Source of the DNA: Octopus vulgaris
Lineage: Eukaryota
Direction of reading: 5' to 3'
DNA length: 64,000 nucleotides
NCBI GenBank assembly: GCA_951406725.2
Contig: OX597826.1
Span: forward strand, 29,016,001-29,080,000
Positions 39,786 to 53,857 of the stretch are shown here, piece by piece; position 1 is the first letter of the stretch, and the number at the start of each line of letters is the position of its first letter. The translations under genes and the position numbers were made by a program. The notes beneath the pieces are model-generated. The model saw only the letters and a list, made by a program, of their open reading frames with translations, searched no databases and was not told the origin of the DNA.

Positions 39786-40314
39786 CGAGGCTGGGTCAAA
39801 AAGTAATGCCATTTTATTTAGGACAGGTATCATTACCAACACAGGAATATATATCATGCATCAAAATGAAGCTGGTCCTCTGTGGATCACATTCCTACTT
39901 CTCAACATAGTCACCGTTTCTCTCAATAGCAATGTTCCACCTTCGAATTAGAGCATGTATCCCTGCCTCGTAAAATTCTGCTGACTATTCTTTGAGCCAC
40001 TTCTTCACTACAGTTTTCACTTCCTCGTTACTGGACTATCATCTCTTCGGCCTCTTGAAAGAGGGTTTGAGAGGCAAACATTATTCCAGTGACGAGGAAG
40101 TGAAAACAAAGAACAGTCAACAGAATTTTACGGGGCAGAGATACATGCTCTCATTCGAAGGTGGGACATTGCTATTGAGAGAACGGTGACTGTGTTGAGA
40201 AGTGGGGATGTGATCCACAGAGGACCAGCTTCATTTTGATGCATGATACATGTTCCTGTGTTGGAAATTATACATGTCCTAAACAAAATGGCATTATTTT
40301 TTGACTCACCCTCG
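39786..40314. mobile_element. Mariner-derived fold-back MITE
   Basis: TA-CGAGG...CCTCG-TA; arms of about 240 bp; centre and right arm encode the mariner C-terminus DYHLFGLLKEGLRGKHYSSDEEVK. Confidence 0.9.
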
Positions 40315-40789
40315 TATAAACGCTTGGTGCATAAAAGCACAAACATAGATCGTAGCAGACGAGAGTTGTTTGTCATCACGTAATCTCATTCTACTGGAGA
40401 TCATCAGTGGGAAGCGTCTGTCACTGCAAGTTAAATCTCGCTACTCCAGTATGTAGAACATCAGCATCTTTATAGACACTAGTATCGCAAATAGCCAAAA
40501 GACTTCTGAAAAATTATTATTATTATATGGGAGTTCCGACGCCCATGACAGTCGACTCTCGTCTACTACGATCTATGTCTGTGATTTTATGCCTCAAGCG
40601 CCTAAAAGAGAGGATCTTCCAAAGCTCAATACTCAATATTCGGACAAAATGTCCTTGTTAAACTGGACATATATATATGCATATATATATAAGATAAACT
40701 TACTTGGAAATGGATGCGTGGCATTCAATCAAATAATAATATAAATTATATATACATATACATTTTTCAAAGTGTAACTACATGTGAAT

Positions 40790-40990
40790 CGTTGGCGATT
40801 TTCTTCCTCCGTCTTCCTTTCTATTGGACTTTCCTCTGTTTCTGAAGAAGAGCAAGGCTCCAAACGTAAAACCACCTTTCTTTCCTTCCCTGAGCGTCTG
40901 CTAATACTTTAGATGTACCATGTCCTCGCGTTGTTGCTTTGTGTGTGTGTGTGTGCGTTTGTTCATCTTCTTTCTTTGGATTTACTATAT
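40790..40990 (+). mobile_element. Penelope-like terminal repeat with minimal hammerhead-like motif (40838-40872)
   Basis: GTTT-CTGAAGA-A-GAGCaagGCTC-CAAA-CG-TA-AAAC (G12 mutated); homologous to 6712-6895. Confidence 0.6.
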
Positions 40991-41186
40991 ATGCATATAT
41001 ACATACATAGTTATGTATATATGTATATATATATACGCATTATGGGTACGGGCGTCACAAAATGTAAACAACATGAAATACGAAGGCAAACTTGGGTATG
41101 CGAACAACGAGAGAAACAAATGGAAAACAAGACAAGTAACATAAAGAACGACCCTTCATCAGTTGTCGGTTGTTCATCTACTCCTT

Positions 41187-41259
<73 letters not shown>

Positions 41260-41436
41260 CGCATATACATACGATGGGCTTCTTTCAGTTTCCATCAACT
41301 AAATCTACTCACAAGGCTTTGGTCAACCCGAGGTTATAGTAGAAGGTACTTACTCAAGGTGCCACGCAGTGGGACTGAACCCGAAACCATGTGCTTGGGG
41401 AGCAAGTACCTTACCACACAGCCACTCCTGCGCCTA

Positions 41437-42200
41437 TATATTTACCAAAATTACATAAAAATATCTTGAAATACTAAAGAGTAAATTTATTCAATAAAAT
41501 CTCCATTGGCTTCAACCACGGCCTCTATACGACTTCGGATTCTCCTGCAACTCTTCTGGACGATCTTCTTGTTGAATGCTGCCATAATCCTTGCCTTCTG
41601 TTCATCTTTGGTGTTACAAAGAGTTTTGTTGGTCTCTCCCTCAACTGCGCCCCACACATAATAATCAGTGGGGTTGCAGTGTGGGGAGTTAGGTGGACAG
41701 ATGTTAGGGTGATGTGATCACAGAAATTGTCTGACAGCCATGACTGGGTTCTCCTTCTGGTGTGGCATGATGCCAGGCTTAGGGTCTTCTAGCAGCCATC
41801 CTCTTGACCCAGGGCAGCACTACCTCCTGCAGGCACTTGATGTTGGCATCCGTGTTGAGTCTGAGGCCGTTTGGGAAGATGAATGGAGGCATAACATCGC
41901 CATCACTGGTGATCATTCCAAGAACCATGATGTTTACTGGATGTTTGATTCTTATCACTCCGGTACATGTCCTCAGATTGACACCCAAACATACCGAAAT
42001 GTTTGTATTGGAGCTTCCGGTGCGAATGCCAAGCAGTGCAGTATGTCGTTTCCAAATTTCTGGAAGAGTGAATTGTGTCATGGTGCTGTTTTTCTCACAG
42101 ACGGGTGCCCAACTGACCCTACGATACTGTCTAGTCGACAAAATCAAAAACAAACAATGCACATGCGCGAAACAAAAATATAAAATTTACTCATCGTACC

Positions 42201-42203
<3 letters not shown>
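41437..42203 (-). mobile_element. Internally deleted maT/mariner-like DNA transposon
   Basis: KHPVNIMVLGMITSDGDVMPPFIFPNGLRLN and downstream PPNSPHCNPTDYYVWGAVERET on the minus strand. Confidence 0.85.
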
Positions 42204-42241
<38 letters not shown>

Positions 42242-42659
42242 CATGTATGGATGGATGGATGGATGGATGTATGTATGTATATAAACATACTTAGACGAAT
42301 AGACACAAATGTTTATGTATATACATGTGTTTGCTTGCGTGCATATGTGTTTGTATTTAACGCGTATATATTCTTATATATAATCTGTTTACACTTCCCA
42401 GGAGACAAAACACCGGAAGTAAGTAAACAACAGCGCCTCTACACAGTTGTTCTATTGTAGAACTACAGACTGACGCAATGGAGGTGTCACTGCGTGGCCT
42501 TATCTGTCTGCCCGGTTGTCCCCTTAAGAAGATCCACACCACACCCGGCACGGCCTGATAGGAGGGGAAAAACCGTGGGCGGAATCCGTGAGAATGAGGG
42601 ATGTAATAGAACAAGTGGGGGTGAGTGAATGGGTTGGGGTGAGGTAACGAGGGAAGGAA

Positions 42660-43050
42660 TAGAAGCTTACTTACGAACTACATGGTTCTGGGTTCAGCCC
42701 CACTGCGTGGCACCTTGGACAAGTGTCTTCTACTATAGCCTCAAGCCGACCAAAACCTTGTGAGTGGATTTAGTAGACGGAAACTGAAAAGAAGCCCGTC
42801 GTATATATGTATATAAATATATATGTATGTGTGTGTATATGTTTGTGTGTCTGTGTTTGCCCCCCCCCCCCCAACATCGCTTGACAACCGATGCTGGTGT
42901 GTTTACGTCCCGTAAGTTAGCGGTTCTGCAAAAGAGACCGACAGAATAAGTACTAGGCTTACAAAGAATAAGTCTTGAGGTCGATTTGCTCGACTAAAGG
43001 CGGTGCTCCAGCATGGCCACAATCAAATAACTGAAACAAGTAAAAGAGTA
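42660..43050 (+). mobile_element. SINE family A
   Basis: Family motifs present. Confidence 0.9.
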
Positions 43051-43204
43051 TAGGGAAAGAGGGGGAATTAAGGGTAGGAGAGCGCAGACAGAAAAGGAGT
43101 TGGTGTTGGATCATTTTGTTTCCGCTTTTTTTGTAGAGGAAGGCAGTTCCTCCCTGACCCTTTATAGGGCTTTAGACATTTGTGAGTGGAAGGCATTCAC
43201 TAAA

Positions 43205-43500
43205 GTGGTGATTCTTGACCATTTTATGCCTATGGATCCCTTTGTTTGCTAATTTACTCTGGCAGGGGGGCCTCTTGGACTCATTTAATGTCTAAATATT
43301 ATTATAATTCTATGATTAAATATTATTAGGAATTTTATTTAAAAAATTGTTAAAACACTTTATCTAATTGTACATAAATTTTAACAACAAAATCTTATAT
43401 GAACTCCCAAAGAATCATAAGGACCCCGGTTGGGAAACCCTGCTCTAACCCAATGGTTCTCAACCATTCTTTATTAGTGGATACCTTTGATTCCTGTTTT
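43205..43500. mobile_element. hAT-like MITE plus the start of a second copy
   Basis: Ends GGTTGGGAAACCCTG and CAATGGTTCTCAACC resemble hAT/Charlie termini; shared subterminal GGA(T)CC(C)TTTG. Confidence 0.55.
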
Positions 43501-43519
43501 TACTCAGATATTCTTTCAT

Positions 43520-43957
43520 TGTTATTCTTTTACTTGTTTCAATCTTTTGGCTGCGGCCATGCTGGAGCACCGCCTTAAAGGGTTTTTCAGTCGAAGAAAT
43601 CCACCCCGAGATTTATTCTTTGTAAGTCTAGTGCTCATTTTATCGATCCTTTTTACCAAACCGCTCAGTTACAGGAACAAATACAAATACTATGATACAC
43701 AGACACACACACACACGCATACACGAGCAAAGGGACATGCACTTGTGTGTGTTTGTGTGTCTGTGTTTGTCCCCCCAACATCGCTTGACAGCCGATGCTG
43801 GTGTGTTTACGTCCCCGTAACTTAGCGGTTCGGCAAAAGAGACTGATAGAATAAGTACTAGGCTTACAAAGAATAAGTCCTGGGGCCGATTTGCTCGACT
43901 AAAGGCGGTGCTCCAGCATGGCCCCGCAGTCAAATGACTGAAACAAGTAAAAGAATA
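43520..43957. mobile_element. Inverted pair of SINE A 3' halves
   Basis: 43520-43670 on minus, 43745-43957 on plus. Confidence 0.85.
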
Positions 43958-44693
43958 TGATAGGTAGGCAGACAGAGACAGAGAGACAGACATACAGACA
44001 CACACACAGGTAGATGGAAAGATAGGTGCGAATGAAAGAGAAAAAGAGAGTGAGAGAGAGGCGTATAGTTTTATTTATATATCTATTTATATAAACATTT
44101 TATTATTTATCTATATATTTATTTTATCGTTTATTTATTTGTCAATCATTAATAGTTCTCATGACCTCTGCGCAAATTTGGGAGGGAAACAGTAAATATG
44201 ATATCTATAGGTCACAGACTGCTGCTGGTGGTGACGGCGGTGGTGTCGGTGAATGTGGTAATGATAATGGGGGTGAGGGTGGAGTGATGAAAATGGTAGC
44301 TGCGCAATGGTGGGGATGTGGGCTGCTGTTGAAGGAGGGAGGGTGGGACAGATAGGACGAAGGTAATCGCTGTGTAATAGCGATATTATTATGAGGGTAG
44401 CGGTGAGGATTTGATTGGGGCGGGTTGTAGCAGAAGTGTCGGTGCATGGGACACGATGGTGAAGTTGTGACGGGGAACCTGAGACGGCATTAGTAAACTG
44501 GTGACGGCGGCGGCAACGGCGGTGGTGCTGCTGTTGTTGTTGGTAATGGTGTTGGTGATGCTAGTGGAGTTGTTGTTGTTGTTGGTGGTGGTGGTGGTAG
44601 TGGTGGTGATGGTGCTGGTGATGACAGTGACGCTGCTGCTGTTGGTGGTGGTAATGTTAGTGGTGGTGGCGGTGGTGGTGATGGTACTGTTGG

Positions 44694-44922
44694 CAGTGAG
44701 TTGGCAGAAACGTTAGCGTGCCGGGCGAAATGCTTAGCGGTATTTCGTCTGCCACTACGTTCTGAGTTCAAATTCCGCCGAGGTCGGCTTTGCCTTTCAT
44801 CCTTTCGGGGTCGATAAATTAAGTATCAGTTACGCACTGGGGTCGTTATAATCGACTTAATCCGTTTGTCTGTCCTTGTTTGTCCTCTCTGTGTTTAGCC
44901 CCTTGTGGGTAGTAAAGAAATA
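44694..44922 (+). mobile_element. SINE family B monomer with 11-bp target-site duplication
   Basis: GGTACTGTTGG at 44683-44693 and 44923-44933. Confidence 0.9.
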
Positions 44923-45283
44923 GGTACTGTTGGTGATAGTGGTGGTAATTATGGTGGTGGAGGTGGTGCTGGTGTTGTTACTGTTATTGTTGTTGTTGTT
45001 GTTGTTGTTGTTGTGGTGGTGGTGGTGGTGGTGGTGGTGGTGGTGGTGGTGTTTATAGTATGGTAGCCGAAGGAGAAGTGGTAACTGCGATAGTGGAGGT
45101 GGTGCTGGTGGTGGCGTTGATGGCAGCGATGAGGATGTTGTAGATTTAGTGGTATTACTAATAGGGGGGTGGAGTGGCGTTGGCGTTTAATGCGGGGTGG
45201 GAACCCGTTTGGGTGAGAATGGGTATTAATGGCGGGTAGATGACTTACTAGCATAAAGGTGATTTTGTTGAATGCCTGGTGGA

Positions 45284-45325
<42 letters not shown>

Positions 45326-45483
45326 AATGTATATGTATGTATATGTATGTATATATGTATGCATATATGTATGCATATATGTACGTATGTGTGTGTGTAT
45401 GTGTGTGTGTGTGTGTATGTTTAAAGAGGGAGCGACAAAGTGAGTAAAAGTGCGACAGTGTTGAGAGGAAGCGTTAGAGAGAT

Positions 45484-45527
<44 letters not shown>

Positions 45528-45534
45528 TTTCTTT

Positions 45535-45910
45535 CTTTTTTCTTTTACTTGTTTCAGTCATTTGACTGCGGCCATGCTGGAGCACCGCCTTTAGTCGAGC
45601 AAATCGACCCCGGGACTTATTCTTTGTAAGCCCAGTACTTATTCTATCGGTCTCTTTTTGCCGAACCGCTAAGTGACGGGGATGTAAACACACCAGCACA
45701 CAAACACACACACACACATACACACATATACACATATATACATATATACGACAGGCTTCTTTCAGTTTCCGTCTACCAAATCCACTCACAAGGCATTGGT
45801 CGGCCCGAGGCTATAGCAGAAGACACTTGCCCAAGATGCCACGCAGTGGGACTGAACCCGGAACCATGTGGTTGGTTAGCAAGCTACTTACCACACAGCC
45901 ACTCCTGCGA
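45535..45910 (-). mobile_element. SINE family A, full length
   Basis: Reverse complement of 49483-49865. Confidence 0.9.
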
Positions 45911-46086
45911 TGGTACGTTTATATAAACTGGCAAAATGACCATTCCGAAATATAACAATATATATTATGAATTTTTAAAAATTATGTTTTGAAAAGTTAT
46001 AAAAACATTTATCAGGATATTACTAATCTTTCGGTGTATATGTGTACAGTTATGTGCTTTGATTCGAGCATTTGAGCGTTTTAGCG

Positions 46087-46168
<82 letters not shown>

Positions 46169-46310
46169 AAAAGGCTGTTTGGGACAATGTTATAATTGTT
46201 TTAGACCCAAGAAACATACTTTCTAGCTGTGTATACGACACGTCGTATAGCCAGCTAGAAACGATATTTCTTGGGGCTAAAACAACAGTAACATCGTCCC
46301 TATATATATA

Positions 46311-46346
<36 letters not shown>

Positions 46347-47147
46347 GTTAATGTCTTGTTGCTTGCATTTGTATTTGTATACCATTTCTCCGGGGTTTTT
46401 TTCCGTCCTTGTTTTCTTATACAGTCGCTGCTTTCTTACAAGGGATCTAATACTCTTAGCTTAATTTTTCCTTGTGGCTGGCCAGATTAGAGCAATCTCG
46501 AGTATAACCAGCCGAAACTGCAAATATAATCTGGAACTCGACTGACGAAAGAATACTCCGAATGACCCGCCCTTGTTTTTTCTTGTCCCTTTTTGTATCA
46601 ATTATCTGGATGTTTTGCGTTCTTGTCCCATTTTTTGTATTGTGTTTGTGTGTGTTTGTGTGTGTATGTGTGTGTGGAGAGAGAAAGAGAGAGACATATG
46701 CATGCATTATGCATACATGTATAAAAAAAATCGTTTGTCCATGCAATGTGTGTGGATGCATGTATTTATGTATGTGTGTGTGTACATTTGTATGTATGTA
46801 TTCTGCATATTCATGTGTTTGCATATCCGTGTTTGTATGTTTTTATGTATGAGTTTGTGTGTGTGTTTGTATATGTGTGTGCGTACTTTTGTCTCCTTGT
46901 GTGTGCATGTCTGAGTGTGTGTGTGTGTGTGTGTGTGTGTATGTATATGTATGTCTTTTGCAACTACGTACCGTGTTTGTATGTATGGATGTGTATCTCC
47001 ATATGTGTGGATGTATGTCTCCATATGTGTCCTTCAGTAAAGTAAAGTGTATGTGTATATATGGTCATGTGTTTCAGTCTTCACTTGTGTATGTGTGTAT
47101 ATGTGTGCTTGTCTGTTTGTATAACCTATGTTTCTATCTGTCTGTTT

Positions 47148-47682
47148 AGAAAACGGCCACGCCATCAATGGAGAATACTACACCAACTTGTTGAGGCAGT
47201 TACGAAACGCTATCAAGACCAAACGCTCAGGAAAACTATCGAAGGGTATTCTTGGTTTATCAGAACAATGCTCCAGCATACGAGTTTTTGATTTCAATTG
47301 ATGCTGTGCGTAACTGTGGCTTTAGAGTGGATGGTCACCTTCCCTATACTCCTAATTTGGCACCATCTGACTGCCATCTGTTCCCGAACATGAAAAGAAT
47401 AATCATTTGGCTTGAAACCAGTATTGCAGTTATGATAGCATCATATATGTTGGTGGGGTTTTTTTCTGTAGTTTCAGCTTATGGCTGCGGCAATGCTGGT
47501 GCGTTGACGACCTTTTTTTTTCCTAACCAGATGAGCACTTCGTCAATGGGATCCAAGCGCAGCAACTCGGGTGCAGGAAGTGTGTGGACCGCAAGGTGGA
47601 CCGTGCTGAAAAATAAACCTCATTTGGTCACATTCCGTGAAAGTATCTTGGTCAGCCCATGAACTTTTCAGCCGTACCTCGT
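47148..47682 (+). mobile_element. Mariner transposase 3' fragment
   Basis: INGEYYTNLLRQLRNAIKTKRSGKL, QNNAPA, HLPYTPNLAPSDCHLFPNMK; TIR-like end. Confidence 0.85.
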
Positions 47683-47708
47683 GCGCACCCGCGAGTGTGT
47701 TTGTGTGA

Positions 47709-47738
<30 letters not shown>

Positions 47739-47740
<2 letters not shown>

Positions 47741-48264
47741 GGAAAAAAGTCAAGATAGAAAATGCTTAAATTATTTTATCATAAAAGACATTTTAGTAGC
47801 GATTTCAGTCATTGAGACTTTTTCAACTGTAAGTACGGAAAACAATTAAATTTTTGGAAAAATTAAATGCCTATCCGTTTAGAATAGCACCTACGCAAAT
47901 ATTATAAACAATACATTCAAAAGAGATATCTCAAGAATTCAATCACTACTACCATCAACAACAAGTCACTTTCAGGGCACTTGACCATTTAACATCCTAC
48001 TATTATCATATCACTGCCAAGAATTCACAGCAACCTCGAACCCACAAGAGTAAACAAGAGAGACAGAGACAGGCAGAAACAAGGAAGATGCCCCTTGTAT
48101 TTGAATACTATACAAATATTCTTTTTAAAAACTCTTCATTCAATTTTTCCCAAATTTAATTGCTTTCCATACTTAGAGTTGAAGTAGTCTCAATGACTGA
48201 AACCGGTACTGGAATGTTTTTTATAAAATTATTTTAGCATTTTCTACCTTGACTTTTTTTCCAT
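47739..48264. mobile_element. Penelope-like inverted terminal repeat pair (~125-bp arms), each arm with a hammerhead-like motif
   Basis: 47740-47868 is the reverse complement of 48139-48263; (TA)n flanks. Confidence 0.7.
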
Positions 48265-48330
48265 ATATATCAACTCGTGTGTTCCTTTTTAACCTTCTAC
48301 ATATATATTATACACACACACACACATAAA

Positions 48331-48460
<130 letters not shown>

Positions 48461-48940
48461 CAGATAGATAAACAGATGTGTGTGTGTGTGTGTATGATTG
48501 TATGATGGTGCTCCAGCATGACTGTAGCCGCATGGCTGAAACGAGTAAACGAATAAAAGAATGGATGTGTGTATAAACATTCTTGTGTGAGCGCTATGTG
48601 TGTGTGTCTCTGTGGGAGGGTGTGTCTGTCTCTGCTTGTGTGGATGTGTGTGCTTCTGTGTGTCTGTGTGTATGTATGTGTGTGTATGTGTGTGTCAGTG
48701 TGTGCTGTGTACCAGTGTGTACGTGTACAGAGAATGGCAGGAGAGAGGAAGACAGAGAGAGAGAGAGAGCGAGAGAGGGGGGTCAGGGAGTAATAAATAA
48801 TGATCATAACCAAAGCCAAGACTTGAAGTGTCCCGCTTAAATGTTTAACAACATCACGCTTCGATAAATCAGGTCGGTTTTGTGGAGTTTTGATGACAAG
48901 CACAAAAGAAGACATAACACGTACACTCACACACACGCAC

Positions 48941-49049
<109 letters not shown>

Positions 49050-49177
49050 CTGTCTATCAACCTGTCTGTATATCTATGTATTGATCATGTGTGCAGTTTG
49101 TGTTCATTGGTGCTGATCTGGTAAAAATAGATGTTGATGTACGAGTGAACCCACTGGACATTGAAAAGGGACATTGG

Positions 49178-49275
<98 letters not shown>

Positions 49276-49315
49276 TAGATACATAGATACATACATACAT
49301 ACATACATACATACA

Positions 49316-49351
<36 letters not shown>

Positions 49352-49482
49352 CACACGCGCGTAAATCGATGTATATTTGAATACATACATATCTCTTATT
49401 ATAATTATTTATAATATATATGTATTCATATATATTATGGATGTTTAAATGTATGTGTGTGTTTAAGTGTATGTGTGTGTAT

Positions 49483-49865
49483 AGGCACAGGAGTGGGTGT
49501 GTGGTAAGCAGCTTGCTTACCAGCCACATGGTTCCGGGTTCATTCCCACTGCGTGACACCTTGGGCAAGTGTCTTCTACTATCGCCTCAGGCCGACCAAA
49601 GCCTTGTGAGTGGATTTGGTAGACAGAAATTGAAAGAAGCCCGTCGTATATATGTATATATATGTGTATATGTGTGTGTTTGTCCCCCAACATCGCTTGA
49701 CAACCGATACTGGTGTGTTTACGTTCCCGTAACTTAGCGTTTCGGTAAAGGAACCGATAGAATAAGTACTAGGCTTACAAAGAATAAGTCCTGGGGTCGA
49801 TTTGCTCGACTAAAGGCAGTGCTCCAGCATGGCTGCAATCAAATAACTGAAACAAGTAAAAGAGT
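49483..49865 (+). mobile_element. SINE family A, full-length reference copy
   Basis: tRNA-like head, CORE-like segment, internal TA/TG tract, tail ending GAAACAAGTAAAAGAGT. Confidence 0.9.
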
Positions 49866-50179
49866 ATGTATGTACGTATGTATGTATGTGCATACGTGTA
49901 TATATGTATATATGCGTGTGTGTGTGTATGTATGTATGTGTATTAAGTGTATATGTGGCTATAAGTGTTGTATGCATGATCCTGTAATCATGGTTTCGAT
50001 ATCTTAACTAGGCAGTGCGCTGTGTTCTTGAACGAAGCACTTGTTTTCATGCTGCTCCACCAACTCAGCTTACAACGATAAACAATCTTCTTACAACAGA
50101 CCAGAATCCCGTCCCGGAAGGAAAGAATATATGTCACAGATTCCGGGAAATGAGCCCATGATTCGGGAAGAACCCTTTG

Positions 50180-50326
50180 TCTTTGCTTCCCAGCCACATG
50201 GTTCCGCGTTCAGTCCTACTGCATGGCACTTTGGGCAAGTGTCTTCTGCTATAGCTTCAAGCCGACCAAAGCTTTGTGAGTGGATCTGGCAGACGGGAAC
50301 TGAAAGAAGCCCGTCGTATATATATA

Positions 50327-50398
<72 letters not shown>

Positions 50399-50615
50399 TG
50401 TGTGTGTGTGTGTGTGTGCATGTGTGTGGTTCTTTGTGTCTGTGTTTTACCTCCTCCCATCACCACTTGACAACCGGTGTAGGTATGTTTGCGTCCCCGT
50501 AACATTAGCGGTTTAGCAAAAGAAACTGATAGAATTTTAAAACGTAAGTCCTGGGATATATCTGTTCGATTAAAAACCTATCAAGGCAATCAAATGACTG
50601 AAACAAGTAAAAGTA
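50180..50615 (+). mobile_element. SINE family A
   Basis: Family motifs present. Confidence 0.85.
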
Positions 50616-50638
50616 AAAATAAGAAAAAATAATATATA

Positions 50639-51874
50639 TCTATACATATACAAACGGCAGTCTGTTTGGCTGTCTCTTTGTTTGTGTCAAGTTGACGTAT
50701 ACACCCGTTAACAAATCTTCATGAAACTTTGCAGACATGTTAAATCAACATCCAATTTGTTTACTAGGCTCATTGCAGTTTAATAAAAATCTATAATTGG
50801 ACGGCTAGGGCCCCTAGAAGGGCTCCAGATATAACACATCTATTTTCTTTTAACAGCAAAAGGGAAATAACTCATTCATTTTTCTTTATTTTTCTGATTT
50901 GCCCACTGGTCATTTCTCCCTCCATTTATTAGAGAAGCAATATCATTAGAGTGACCGGTTGCCAGTGGTTACGTTGTATAAATACATGTGCGTTCTATAT
51001 TACGTGAACTTTCTTACAAGAAGTTGTCAGACAAGGTCAGTGATACTATCAATCTAACCTCTGTCTTAAGTCAATATATAAATTCAATATTTCATAGACC
51101 TACCTAAGATCTTTCATTTAAAACAAATTTCAGTAAAATTTCACTATGGATTATGGGGATATCAATGCCACAATTTATTTGCAAATTTTACCATTAACGT
51201 ACTGTTTCCATAGCAACTGTGTAATAATTTTTCAAAATATTACATTTTGTTTGGTATAAATCAAGTTGTACATGTTTATTTCTTGAACTGTTAGGGTTAT
51301 TTTCGCACTTTACCCAGAACAACCCTTAAACAAGTAAATAGTAATTTCTTCAACAATAGATCCACTTATTTCGGTTAGTGACTTTTTCACCAATATACCA
51401 TGAATGACAATACCTTTCATGTCACTTCAGTCAATTGACAGGCGCTGCATTAAGAACTTTTCAGGGTTACTTACTTTCAATTGTTATTATCTCATATCCG
51501 ATTTGTCTGTTATTACGTAACATGCTTCACTATTTTGGTATACATACCTTATAGGTATTTTCTCCTAAGTTCTATATACTCTGGGAACGCATTAAAGCCC
51601 TTTTCAGGGTTACTTTATTTGAATTGTTACTATCGGGTAACAAATTTGCATGTCATTACGTAACTGACTTCACGATTTTGGTATTCATAACTTACTGAGA
51701 TTTCCTAAAAGCAAGATCCTATGTAAGATGGTTCGGTATTCTCTGTAAACGCACAAAAACCGCTTTAAGAGCTACATACTTTGTATTGTTGCTACCGGAT
51801 TAGCGAAACAATTACGAGAACGGGGCCAGGGGATAATACCCTCTTTTCCGGGAATTACCGGGTACGTCAGCTAG
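50639..51874 (+). mobile_element. Non-autonomous Helitron (~1.24 kb)
   Basis: Starts with TC after A, ends with CTAG before T, subterminal hairpin CCGG-gaatta-CCGG about 13 nt from the end, no TSD. Confidence 0.75.
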
Positions 51875-52010
<136 letters not shown>

Positions 52011-52019
52011 CTTAGACCT

Positions 52020-52420
52020 AAATATGTTTCCACCAAAGATTATTTCAGGACATGTCTAACTTAATAGCACCACCTGATAGGATTAGCTAAATCCTTTTTA
52101 AGTCATGTTTTGTGGTATCATGGTCCATTCGAGTAAGGAATTTTCGTTCAGTGAGTTGTATCGTATTCAGGTATAGATGTCTTATCTAGTATTCCTTGAA
52201 GAAATTTGTCCAGGTTCCGTTTAAAGGTGATGGGATTTTTTACCTCTGATCTGTTTCGGGACAATGTTAAATAGAGCATGACCTGTTGAAGAAAAGAAAT
52301 TGTGTTGCAGTATATTTATGTGTCATGATCCTAAATTGGGCAGGGGACGTACATGTATGAGATTACATCCCCTTTCTATTTGAAGCTGGTCCCACTCACC
52401 ACCAAGTGATTGTTCTACCT
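52020..52420 (-). mobile_element. CR1/Jockey-group LINE 3' fragment
   Basis: Minus strand FKRNLDKFLQGILD and NENSLLEW remnants typical of the ORF2 C-terminus. Confidence 0.55.
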
Positions 52421-52782
52421 TCTCTGAAAACAGAGATGACATTAAAGCAAGAATTGTTGTTCGTCCCCGTAACTTAGCGGCTCGGCAAAAGACACCGATA
52501 GAATAAGTACTAGGCTTACGAAGAATAAGTCCTGGGGTCGATTTGCTCGATTAAAGGCGGTGCTCCAGCATGGCCGCAGTCAAATGACTGAAACAATTAA
52601 AAGAGTAAAAGAGTAAGGAGTTACCCGCCGTTCACCACTCTGTGTTATTTTCCTCGGCTCATTTTTCGTGTGATTCGTATTCGTATATGTATGCGTGCGT
52701 GTGTGTAAAAGACTATATATGAAAGAGTGTGTGTGATTGTACATGTATGTATAAAGATGTGTGTGTGTGTGTGTGTGTAAGT

Positions 52783-52975
52783 GTGTGGCTTAGTGGTTAG
52801 GTCGTTGGGCTCGTGATCGTAAGATGGTGGTTTCGATTCCTGGATCGAGCGATGCGTTTTGTTCTCTCAGGCTGCTCCAGGCCACCCAGCTGGCAAAAAT
52901 GGGAAATCTTGCGACAGACGGGCGTCCCGTCAAAGGAGAGACCATATATACGACAGAGAAACCGGGGAACCGACC
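52783..52975 (+). mobile_element. SINE family C-like with tail 3
   Basis: GTGGCTTAGTGGTTAGG head; CAGCTGGCAAAAATG; GCGACAGACGGGCGTCCCGTC. Confidence 0.65.
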
Positions 52976-53033
<58 letters not shown>

Positions 53034-53148
53034 TTCATGTGTGCACGCGCGTGTGTATGCAGCAGTTATGGACTGACCCCTCCGTAATTCTTCCCTCGCG
53101 AAATGAAGCCAAGAGTACACATACAAACACACACACACACATATATAC

Positions 53149-53185
<37 letters not shown>

Positions 53186-53286
53186 GTGAGAGAGAGCGAG
53201 AGAGCGACAAGTATATAAAATATTTTTAAGGATATAAAATGTATATACATACATACATACACTCACATACATACTTATATACAGCA

Positions 53287-53330
<44 letters not shown>

Positions 53331-53418
53331 CATATATGACTTGATATATTTATATATATATATATACGTGTTTATATATGTATGTATATATGTATATATG
53401 TATATATATATATATGTA

Positions 53419-53462
<44 letters not shown>

Positions 53463-53620
53463 TATATATATATATATATATGTATAAATATGTATGCATG
53501 TATATATATATTTGTATTACTTGTCCGGTTGTCCATTTTTTCTCTCGTTATTTGAGTATTTAACTCATTTGCTTTCTTATTTCATGTAGGATACTGTTGG
53601 TGTCGTCCTATACCCATATA

Positions 53621-53683
<63 letters not shown>

Positions 53684-53711
53684 AATAATATATATATTAT
53701 ACATATGTATG

Positions 53712-53794
<83 letters not shown>

Positions 53795-53802
53795 TATATG
53801 CA

Positions 53803-53857
<55 letters not shown>

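Noticed and set aside
46455-46565. Hammerhead-like stem GGCTGG...CCAGCC-GAAA and a nearby CTGACGA
   Set aside because: No CUGANGA-type core in the required position before the stem, so not counted as a hammerhead
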